Below are positions 25,555 through 36,900 of a DNA stretch of 37,522 nt, one piece after another. A program made the position numbers and the translations under genes. This DNA comes from Neolecta irregularis DAH-3 (lineage: Eukaryota): NCBI GenBank assembly GCA_001929475.1, contig LXFE01000586.1, forward strand, positions 1 through 37,522, read 5' to 3'. The first letter of the stretch is position 1, and the number at the start of each line of letters is the position of its first letter. The notes beneath the pieces were generated by a model that ran no database searches, was not told the origin of the DNA, and was given only the letters and a program-made list of their open reading frames with translations.

Positions 25555-27180
25555 ATGGCTCCCGCGCTTCTTCCGCCTCCGTCTTTCCATAATCCCCAAC
25601 AGCTCGACTCGGAGGAGGAATATGCAGAGGAAGAAGACAGACTATCTGATTCTCAAAAATCTACCCCGCCCCAGAGTCCCGCTTTTCGTTCCCAACCTAT
25701 CAACCAGCTCCAGACCGCAGGCCAATTGAATGGAAAAAAGACAAAGGGCTTGGAACCTACAGAAGTATATACTGCAAGATATAACATTTTTGATCTGCAG
25801 CTCAACACCCTGATCCAGTCAAAAATTTGCCAGCTGGAGACAGATGCATCGATTGAAGAAGACTCTGAAAAAGCTATCGGTATTTCTTGTCATCTCGATA
25901 TTTCTAAATTTCAAGCTCGAGCAGTGCGTAAAGCCAATAAAGAACTATCCAGTCTCGTTTCAGCCCATGATAACCACATCGACAAAATTAATATCCTCCA
26001 ACAGAAATACACGGAACTTTTCCAAGATATGAAGAAACTCGAACAGATACACCTTAGATCTAGACAGAAGACAGATCTCCTACAGAAGGGGAAAGATTCA
26101 GCAAAGAGTGAGGTTGCTAAAGCTAATAATGTTCGTGTGAAACTGGAGACTTTGTGCAGGGAACTTCAGAAAGAAAATAAACGCATCAAGGTTGCTCTTT
26201 TTCCTGAGGATACTGATGATTAGGATGAGAGTAAAAGGCTAGCGAGAGATGAACAGGCCAAGCGAGAAGAACTTTCCTTAAAATTCGAAAGTACAATTCA
26301 TGAAATCAAGAATAAAATGGAGGAAGAAGTATTCGAACGGAAAAAATCACCAATGCAAGAAACCGAGCTGTACCGTTTCTCTCTCCTACAAATCTTACTT
26401 GTGACAGTCTCCAGGGCAAGTTCAAAAGTTTCCTGGATCAGTACTCCCTTCGCGAACAACACTATACCGTAACTCTCCGGTCAAAAGACCTAGAATCAAA
26501 GATATTCCAAGCCCAGTTCGAGAAGCACCGTCGTTTATACGAAGAAGAAAAGGAAAAAACGGCAATATTGCAAGATCAAATTAGTATGTTTACACACACA
26601 GAAACTGAACTCCGGTCACAACTAAACATTTACGTGGAAAAGTTTAAACAGGTAGTACGAATATTCGGGGGTTTCCAAAATGGATTACTGACAAATCGTT
26701 AGGTTGAAGATACACTAAATAATTCAAATGACCTATTCATGACCTTTCGCAAGGAAATGGAACAAATGACCAAGAAAACTAAGAAATTTGAAAAGGAAAA
26801 TGCGACTTTACGAATGAAACATGATAACATGCATCGGAATGTAATTAAAATGGCGGAAGAGGTAAGTTTTTCTTCTCTATTTGAGAGATCCTAACTAGAA
26901 GCGTACCAAATTCGAGAAAGATATCGCTCAGTATCAGAGGAAACAGGCTAAACTGGAAAATTTGTGTCGTGCTCTTCAAAGCGAGCGAAGTATGCTGGAA
27001 GCAAGACTTGCACAGTATGAACAAGCTGGGAGCGAAGAATACGATTCTGATGAGTGCACAGAGGATGAAGAGTGTGCTAGTGAGGAGGACATTGCAGGAA
27101 CAGAGGACACAGAAGTCACTGCTGAAACCGAGAAGGAAGCGGAACTTCCTGAACCTCTAAATATACATTCCTCCAATTGA
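25555..27180 (+). CDS. Taxilin-family coiled-coil protein, multi-exon
   Basis: KLETLCRELQKENKRIK; ETELRSQLNIYVEKFKQ|VEDTLNNSNDLFMTFRKEMEQMTKKTKKFEKEN; KLENLCRALQ; acidic tail. Confidence 0.88.
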
Positions 27181-27529
27181 CTTTCTATGTAAGCCCAGAA
27201 TGGCATCTCACAAGCTTGTATAATTCCAAAAAGCATATTATCAAATGGGCCCTTCAAAGGCAAGTTGATGGATACTTCCAGAAAAGACGCAGACAACAAC
27301 TTTAAAAGACATGCAAAGCAAATGATTAAAGCCAGACCAATTTTGCATAGTGCTCCCAGACCCCTTTACATGATGTCGAATGCAAATACCGACAATACTT
27401 TGACAAAGGCTATCGGCAACACACAACAATCCTGCATCCAACATAAACAAAAAGGAGTACAGAAAGCATGATTTAAAAAGGCCAACGATGAAAACGAAAG
27501 AGCAAGCTGTCATCCCAGAACTCATCCAA

Positions 27530-27730
27530 TTAAAATCCCATGAATGCTGCTGCAATCAGGAGTAGAGCTCCTGCAAAGGCGCTGTTATGCATAACCACAG
27601 TGCCAGAACCAGTATGTGACGAGTTTTTACCAATAGAACCAGAACTGATTCCGGTAGTAGCATTGAGTGCTTGTGCGAATGCCACGCAAAGGGCAACGAC
27701 GAAAAGGATGTGTGATGCTCGAGAGGCCAT
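27530..27730 (-). CDS. 66-aa secreted, putatively GPI-anchored micropeptide
   Basis: Signal peptide MASRASHILFVVALCVAFAQA, S/T/G-rich core with NAT and NSS sequons, small-residue GSG omega region and hydrophobic C-terminus AFAGALLLIAAAFMGF. CT-rich leader and TATA-like CTATAAG about 105 nt upstream. Confidence 0.7.
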   Translation of the reverse strand: MASRASHILFVVALCVAFAQALNATTGISSGSIGKNSSHTGSGTVVMHNSAFAGALLLIAAAFMGF

Positions 27731-29820
27731 ATTAGGGACTGTTGACGTATTAGGATTGGATGGAGTTGTGGCTAGAGCGAGAGTGAGGGAAGAGTAAGAG
27801 TAGGATAAGAATTAGAAAAGCGGAAGGGGGGTTCTTATAGTCCGCAGCAGAAAAAGGAGTGTCATTATATGCGCTATTACGAAATAGGCTAGATAGCGCA
27901 CAGCCGCGAGAGACGATCGAAGCGTTTATGCACAGCCTTTGCTTTGGTTATTTCGGTTCCCGTCCCGTCTCCTGATGTTTAAAAATGTTCTATGTCGTTC
28001 TGGATAGACAACTCGGAACTGTGCACCTCTCCCTCGTTGTATGGAAGAGACCTCTTGATTCAAAAGGAAAATAAAAGAAAAACCCTAAGAGGATTTAACA
28101 ATCTAATTGATTTTCTTAGCTCCTTTCTTTGCCCTTTTCTTTCGTCAGATCGACTTAAATGTCTTCTAGCCGGCTCAACAGTATCATGTTGACAAATTGC
28201 TGACTTGTGCGCGCGCGAACCAAAATAGTCACCCGAGATAACAAATGATAAGCAACGAGAATTTGATCTTTCCATTTCTATTGCTCACTAGCTCTTCTTG
28301 GAAAATTTTTGGCAACCTAAGAAGCTGCTACGGACCGAAGGCAAAGACAACGCCGAGGAAAATAGGGGTCAGGTTTGTTTCTAATTTCAGAAATAATTTG
28401 TGGCAATCAATGTTACCTACAGGTTTACAAACCAGGCCAGTTTGGACTACTACTCAAATCAAAAGATAGCTATTCGCTGTTGCAACAATATTGACATATT
28501 GTTCTTCGGGCAATGCGGCTTTTGTTCTATTGATGTTTTCCTGAGCATATGCTGATTAAAGAACGACTCCGACGCCAAGACATTGCCCGGCGGAGTTATC
28601 AAAACCAAACCAAATTAGCACAGCCTCCGTTTGCGCAATTCCGTACTTAGGCCCTGTAATCCTAAATCAATTTTGTGATTGAGATCTCTTCCTAATTCGC
28701 TCCTTGCTCATATTCATTTCCACAGAGAAAGCTAGTAGTAAGGTTGCCGCTTTGTGATGGAAACTGTACTCGATCACGCATTTTTTCGTTGTTTTTGCCA
28801 AGTCAGATTGTTTGACCTGATATCAGACGAGGAGGATCATTGATCAGAAGAGCATTGCCAAAGTTGAGAATCGATAGTGTTCGTTCCTTAGTTAAGCCGC
28901 AGGGGTGAAGCTCATTCGAGCGGGTTCAAAAATTAAGGATTATATATGTAGATAGAATTTAAGGGGGTCTTTTTTTCCTTTCGAAGGGCATGTTAGCACA
29001 CAGGTTCCAATCAGGGTTCACAGTGAATTTTATTGTTTATACATATTGGGTTCTTGGTATAAAATGAGTTTGAATTTGTTGTGCAAGGGCGGGCGGGGTC
29101 TTGTAGCGTGGAATAAAGTTATCAAAAGACAAGACTTGACTTGCTATTCAGACAGTGTCCTCGTCTGTGGAAAAGAAAGCTACGCCCTTTATCCTATCCG
29201 CAGAACACACGGTAAATCAAGTGGCTCGAAAAACAGAAATAACCGGCCGCATTCCCCTATAGGAGAAACCTATGACTGGCCGGACCGATCCAATGACCTA
29301 ATTCTTCAAGGTTAACCTCAGAAACACGTTGTTTGGCTGACCGCGTGCTGTGACTTCTAAAAATGCTGTGCAAGCTAGCTGAGGTAAATGATGTGACGAT
29401 ATGGGATAACGATAGGAGTTCCGAAGGAGCTGGAGGAGATAACTGTTGGGGGTGGAGTATAGAGGATAAGGGAGGAGATGAGGTTTTCTGGTGTAACTGG
29501 AAAATGAAGGTGTTGCCATGTTACTCGCGACAGGCAGATCATTCGTGCTAATCCTACTGACGCTTGCTGAAACCCGTAGTATTCTCAGTTCTGTTATTTT
29601 TTGATCTCAATAAGTATTTTCTAAGTATTCGTAGAGTCGTATGAGTCTCTTGTCGCCAAATGATAAACTAACCAACAAGCCTATCGTGTAAATATTCGGC
29701 TCAAGACAAATACGTGAGCATATATTTCTTTGAAACATCTGAGAGAATCATTCAAAAAACCAGGCACCTTTCCAATTTCAGGTTCTGCTCCTGAACGTCA
29801 CTCCATCTCTAAACTTTCTC

Positions 29821-31488
29821 ATGGCTTCCTCGACCATTCTTTTCTCAGATAGCCCTGAAAATAACCTCCTTCGGCCACCAGGCTATGATCACTCAGCCCG
29901 AAATTATATCCGTGATTCAGTAAGTTATTCACCTCTTCCAGCTCTCCGCGATTCCTTGATTCTGAAAGAACGAAACTATCGCCAACAATATGCAAACATA
30001 TACTTTCTGCGGCTCGCAAACCTAAAGCCAATTATCGAGGAGAGAGCGAAAAACGAATGGGGAGGGATCGAAGTCGATGGTCACAAGGCGAGTTTTGTAG
30101 AACGAGTTCTTGATGTTAAACAAGGCGAGCTCTGTTGGATTATCGGAACGGTGTATATGGATATGCCTTTAAAGCCTAATATCTTAGAAGACATATCGAA
30201 AGATGTATTATTATTTTTCCAGCCCAACAGATGGCTAATTGGATAGCATTGGGTCGCTGCACCTGTTCCTCGGGCGAAATATACATCTAAACAGGATTTG
30301 GTCATGCTAGAAGATGAATCTGGACGCGTGACATTTTCCGGACTTAGAATCTCCCAAGAGAAACTGGTTACTGGCTGTGTTATCGGTGTTCTTGGAACAG
30401 AAACGCCCGATGGAGAATTCGATGTTGTAGATATATGCTATCCGGAGATGCCGCCTCAGAAGAAAAGAGACGTAATGGGTACTTGCTTGTTTCTAGGACG
30501 AGAAATTGATTTCTAGACGACAGCACATCTAGATATGTTGTTCTTGCATCAGGATTACATATGAGTGGGGAGATTCATGAATCGATGAACACGTGTTTGC
30601 TGCTTGAATACCTTACAGGAGAACTTTGTGGAGCGAACGTATCTTGTCTCATTATGGCATATTCTTACAATCGAGGATGCAGATCTTTCTTCTCGTATTG
30701 TGAGGCTAATTCTTGCCGGAAATTCCCTAGCAGATCAACGACCAGTCCACGACGAGAATTCTGTTAAACAAAGAGTATATTCCCACTAACAATACATACT
30801 GACAATTCAGAAAAAATATGGCTATGACGCATCCCTTTACAACTCCAGACCGACAGAATCGCTCGACTCCTTCCTTTCTGATTTATGTCCCCATTTAAAT
30901 GTCGACATGATGCCCGGTCCAAGCGATCCAGCGAACGTAACGCTTCCGCAACAACCAGTCCATACAGCGATGTTCCCCACTGCAAAAGCATTCCTTGGGA
31001 GTTCATTTCAGAGTGTTACAAACCCATATTGGTGTGAGATAGAGGATGTTATTTTTTTGGGTACAAGTGGACAAACTATTGACGACGTCTACAAGTATGT
31101 TGAGGGGGAGGATAAATTGACGATGATGGAAATGAGTTTACGCTGGAGACACTATGCTCCGACTGCTCCAGATACTCTTTGTATACTTATCTCTCCCTCT
31201 CCTTATGTTGATAATAGGGTGTTACCCATTTCAAGATCAAGATCCATTTCTACTAGAGAATACCCCACATGTATATTTCCTCGGAAATCAAGAAAAATTT
31301 GAAACAAGATTAGTCGAGGGTACGTCAATCTTTTATCATCCAAATTAACCCAAGGCCATGACGGTCAAAGAACACGATTAATAGCTGTTCCAAAATTTTC
31401 AGAAACAGGAACTGTAGTCCTCCTCAACCTCTCGACGTTAGGTTGTGAGCCATTAACCTTTTCCTTACCTAAACGTACCTTCCCATAG
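29821..31488 (+). CDS. POL31: DNA polymerase delta small (B) subunit, multi-exon
   Basis: QQYANIYFLRL, GTVYMDMPLKPNIL, LEDESGRV, LILAGNS, MPGPSDPANVTLPQQP, GTSGQTIDD, WRHYAPTAPDTL, CYPFQDQDPF, PHVYFLGNQ, VPKFSETG; stop at 31486-31488. Confidence 0.95.
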
Positions 31489-33425
31489 GAGCCATCGCCG
31501 TAAACAGATTCATCGGTTTTCTACTTTGCTTGCCGTATTCCAAGTCTGTTCCAACCTTTGCTTTGGCGATCACCCTATTTTCGAGAGGAACGTCAAGTGC
31601 GTTGAGTGTGTCGGTCATTTTGTTGGGCATGATTGGTAATAGCCATATTGCTGAAATTCTTATGGCTTCAACTGCGTGATAAATAATTGATTCTTTTAAC
31701 ATTGCATCAGTTTTTAATGTCCAAGGTTCAGTTTCTTGGAGATACTTATTTGCCTTGCTATGAGCTTCATTTTTAGGAGATGACTTACGGCCAGAAAAAT
31801 TCGAGAAGCTAGATAGATATATTGCGATATATCTCCTTCTTTCATTGCTTTTGGACACATCTTTGCTGCTTTGTTGATCACTGAGAGCAAATGTATACCT
31901 GAATTTCCGATCGGCGAGATTTTTCGTGTTCGCGCAAGCTCCAGTGAGGTGGGTATATTAAATGTCGTCGAGAATACTCTGCATATCAAGTTTCCGAACT
32001 TACCCATCAACTGTTTTCTGTTGGTCGTCAACATACTATCTGTCGAAAAATCTACCAGTTGATTATATTGTTGAATGACGGGACATGCCTGAATCTCGCC
32101 CAAGCTTTCCTGCCTCCATTAAATAATATCTCACAGCGTCAATATCGACATATTCAACCAGTTTCAATGGATCAACCACATTTCCTCTACTTTTCGACAT
32201 TTTCATGTTATTCATCATCCAGTGAGAGTGAGTCAAGATTTTCTTCGGAGGCTGCATTCCCAAGGCTAGCAAAAAGGCAGGCCAATGAATACAATGGAAT
32301 CTTCTCATCAGCTTCCTAAAGAGCAAAAAGATACCTCGTGATATCTTTGCCGACGACATGGATATCAGCTGGCCATTCGGTTATCCCTCCAGGATACCCC
32401 AGGCACGAAATATAATTTATTAATGCATCCAACCAAACGTAAATTGTATGCTCTTCATCTCCAGGAACCGGAATTCCCCAGCTTAATCGGCTTGTCGGGC
32501 GCGATATGCTTAGATCATCTAATCCAGAGCGTACGCTCTCGATTATCTCTTGGTATCTGCTGTCTGGGAGAACAAAGTTGGGGTTCTGGTCATAGAATTC
32601 AAGCAGTCTATCTTTCATTTTGGAAAGCTTGAAATGGTAATTTGGTTCTGACGTCCAATGAACTTGACTCCCTGATTCCCTTGAAAACTAAAAATTACAT
32701 TTTGAGCAAGGATAAAACATGCTGTTTGAGTGATGTTTGCCGTTGTGTCATGTCGTTCTTCGACTTGCACTTTGGGGTAGAATGTTTCGTCGGAAATCGA
32801 ATACCAGCCTTGATGGTTTGCTTTATATATATACCCCTTTTTGTAGAGTTCGTTCTAGATATGAGGAAATACAAGGAACTGGCGGGTACCCAGAAATGTT
32901 GCACGGAAGTTTTGTGACGGGAATCCGTTGTTCTATTGAAATGTTGACAATCTACATGGGCAAACTCGAGGAGATTCTGGGGTCACTTTTGTGATCGTAG
33001 AAGGACGGTACTTTGAACTTTTCTGAACCCTTGTCGCAAAATATTTTCGTGGGAATTCCGGCCGCAGTTGCTGCTTGATAGACCTGATGTCGGATCAATT
33101 GTGTTCATGTCCCATAGGTACTTTTAAACCATACTCGTCTGTTCCAGTCGACAGAATTGCTTTTCTTCCGTTCAGCCTTTGGAATCGAGCAATAACATCA
33201 GCTGTTATCAGAGAATATAGATGGCCTATATGAGGTTCTTATTGGTCAGAGTCGGCTATTTTGGGGTACCTTTCCTCCATTGACATAAAATATTGGAGTT
33301 GTTATATAAAATGGTTTTTGTTGTAAATCCGTGGAACTTGAACGCCTGCCAAGACATGACTTGCAAGTCCATGATCTTTTGGATAACAAGGGAGTGATTC
33401 TGGGAAAATTCCGGGAAACCAGCAT
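31469..33425 (-). CDS. MSM1: Mitochondrial methionyl-tRNA synthetase, multi-exon
   Basis: Presequence MLVSRNFPRITPLLSKR; ITTPIFYVNGEPHIGH (HIGH), TGTDEYGLK, GWYSISDE, DLSISRP, WGIPVP, IYVWLDALINY, GKDITRFH, KMSKSRGNVVDP. Confidence 0.95.
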
Positions 33426-33923
33426 TACGATGTTTTATTTTGACAAGGTATGGTGCGCAAAGAAAAATGTTTCCTGCAACACTAGCCATGGGTCACCTTT
33501 TTGCATCTCGACTTAATTTCTACACGAGGATTACTTTTTGCCGATCTACTGAAGGCGGATGAGCATGATTTCTTGGAGGCGACAAAAGGCAGTAGAACTG
33601 AGCATATTGAATGAAGATACCGTCCGCTTTATCTATCCGAGGTCATCACATTACAGTCTTGAATACAGATATCTTGGCGATACTCTCGAGATGACTCCAT
33701 GAACTAATTTCCTCCTCACTGGTCTAACAGGCTGTTGCTAACCTGGGCTGAGCACCCTCACAATCAAAATTCAAGCGTTTATTGGATACATATTCTTCAA
33801 TCTTTTCTTCGTCTGTTGATGTGCCTTGTACTTTTCGAATTGTTCGTGTAGCGATGCGTGTTTGATATGGCAGGCATTTTGCATATCGCCTTTCAAGCAA
33901 TTGCCACAAAACTTCCAGTCGAC

Positions 33924-36900
33924 ATGCCACTTGTACTTTCAAAGAATCCGGCTTTCAAGACCGTGACCGAGTTTGATACGATCTATGGGAACAAGATTAG
34001 TCAATATCGGAGCGAAAATACCGGGTTACAAATCGTAGTTGTTGATGTGGAGGGCCCAGTCATCTCATGCCATTCGGTACTTGCTACTGAGAGTATGTAC
34101 CTCATTCGCTTCAATTGGCTGATGCAGGCAGTTTCCGATGACTCTGGATGTCCACATACTCTTGAACATTTGGTATTCCTCGGCAGTACTAAATATCCGT
34201 ACAAGGGAATTCTCGATCTGCTTGCAAACCGGGCGTTTGCGCAAGGAACGAATGCTTGGACAGCAGTTGATCATACGGCATACCACATCAAAAGTGTCAG
34301 CGAGGACGGCTTTCTTCGGATACTGCCAATCTACCTCGACCACATTCTATTTCCAACTCTAGAAGAAAGCGCGTTTACCACAGAGGTGTACCATATGAAT
34401 GGTTCTGGCGAAGATGCTGGTGTTGTATTCTCAGAGATGCAGGGAAGAGAGAATACGAGTGTCTCTCTGATGGCCGCCGCGTATGCCGCTGTGTTTTAAA
34501 TTCTTATCCTAGAAATCAGCGGGCATTGTATCCTGAGGGAAATGGCTATCGGAGCCAAACAGGTGGCTTGATGGAAGCGCTTGGAAAGCTCGACAATGAG
34601 ACGATCCGGGCTTTCCATAAAAAGGCCTATGTTTCTCGAAACTTGTCTGTAATCGTGATTGGAAAGTTGGATCATTCGCAACTTTTACAAGCTGTGCAAC
34701 CTCTGGATGAAGAATTAGCAAAGCGGTTTCCTCTTGGAGAGAATTACAAGAGGTGCGTTTGTTCAAGCAGCCGCTTATAATAGACCTTGGGTTGATTCTG
34801 CACCCACCGAGGATCTCGCGACTTCAGTTTTAAGAACGGTCGAGTTCCCGGACAGGGATGAAAGCATGGGTGACGTAAGAATTGGATGGTTTGGACCATC
34901 GGTATGGGTGTGTACTCATTCTCGATCGACGCTTATTATTTAGGATATCCAGGAAATAGCCGCTATTGATATGTTGGGGGTTTATCTCTGCAATTCTCCG
35001 ATTGCTCCTCTCAGGAAGGCATTCATTGAGATTAGACAACCCCTTTGCACAGGTGATATCGAAAATAAAGTTGCTAACTCAAGGCATCTCACTCCATACT
35101 ACCGAACGACTCAAATCCGAGATCACTTGTCAATTCAAATCTGTACCTTTTGATATGATAGATTTAGTAGAGTCAAAGTTCTTTCAAGTCTTAAATGATA
35201 TTTCCATTGACCTAGTTCGTATGAAGATGTTGATTGAGAAACAGATATTGAAGGCAGGATCTCGTTTGAACCTAGCTAACTGTAGAATTACGATGCAGCT
35301 GAAGTTGATCCATACGCAGGATTCAACTATGCCATAATTACTGCATTCGTGTACGGTGATACAGAAGGAAAAGATCTCAAGAGATATCTCGAGGATCTCA
35401 AAGCGTTTGAACATCTTTTTTCGTGGACGGAGGAACAATGGGCCGGCTGCATTAACAAGTATGTCGCGTTTACCTGTCTGCTAACTCCCAGATGGCTTAT
35501 TGAAGCGCCGCATGTGGCGATTCTCGGAAAACCGTCAGCGGTTATGGCCGATCGGCTAGTGGAAGATAATGCCGCTCGTGTTAAAGACCGGGTTGAGCAA
35601 TTGGGAAAGCAAAAACTCGAACAACTTCAAAAGAAAGTAGACGATGCGCAAGCCCTGAACGAACGACCTGTTCCGGATAAAATACTTGAAGATTTCAAGA
35701 TCCCTGGTATTGACTCGATCCGGTTTGTTGACATTGAAACGGCAAGAGTGGGGCTCGCTAGACTTGACGGAATCTTGTATTTTCAATTCTGAATGATCTA
35801 ACCCCAGCGACAATTCAACTCAAAAAGCACTAGATTCTATGTCTAGTGGTCTGTGGATGCAACTGGACAGTATTGAAACCAATATTTAGAGCTGACCGCA
35901 GACATCAAATCGCAATTCTTCAATATCTCACTTCATTTGTCGACCGCGAATTTCACGCACAAGCAACGGCTTTACAGTTCTTTATTCCTGTATAATATAT
36001 TTGTAAATCCTGTGAAACGAAACGACGGCACGACGCTCGATTGGATGCAAGTCGTTGAGCAACTGGATCAGAATACAGTGAATTACAGTGCTTCCTTTGG
36101 CGTAGCCAATGGATTCAAAGATTTGATGACGATAAAGTTCAAGGTTGATGTATGCAGTTTTGCAACGAATTACTAATTTGAGAAAACCAAGTACAAGGAA
36201 GCGGTTGAATGGATGTACGATATTATCAAGGTAAATTTGACAGAGATATAATTAACCTGTAGGGAACGATTTTTGACCCTGCGAGGCATGCGCTTATCTG
36301 GGCAATCTAACGATGCAGAGTCGGTGTTACGTTGTCAAAAATGCTAAACGATTTACCCTCTCAAGCGCGAAACGGGAGCGGAATGAACTGGGCTCTGTAT
36401 CATCATTTGATCTTTGATGAAGAGTCTACAGCAAAAGCAGTAAATCTTGCGACTCTGGCCAAATTCCTCCCTCAAGTCGAAAAAGTCCTGCAGGAAAACC
36501 CAGCAGAGGTCATCCAGATGCTCGAGGGAATTCAACAACTAGGTATGTATTTGAAAGTTTATATTGACGTCAGTTTGCCGGCCGGAGAATCTTCGGGTTC
36601 ATATTGTTGGACCGGTGTTGTTCCAAGATCCTGTTGCCCCGTGGAATCGATTTTCACCATGTGCTACAGATATAACTCCAATCCGATACGCGCGCGATCT
36701 GCTCTCGCCGATTGGCCGCAATCCGTGTCGATACGCGACTATTCTGGCGCTTCCAAGCATTGAATCATGCTTCTCTATCCATTTTTCTCGGGGACCGCAG
36801 GACTACAACGACCCTGATCTTGCGCCGCTGCAGGTTTTGATTGAATATCTCAGTCTTCTCGAAGGAGAATTCTGGAAGAAGATTCGAGGTGCGGGGTTGG

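Noticed and set aside
25167-25729. Long overlapping ORFs around the CYM1/taxilin starts, including an N-terminal extension from 25360
   Set aside because: By-products of GC-rich promoter and antisense sequence that depend on non-ATG starts; taxilin most plausibly starts at ATG 25555.
33500-33900. Possible small spliced minus-strand gene between MSM1 and the SDD3-like gene
   Set aside because: Intron-like segments exist, but every splice combination I tried hits early stops and no homology is recognisable.
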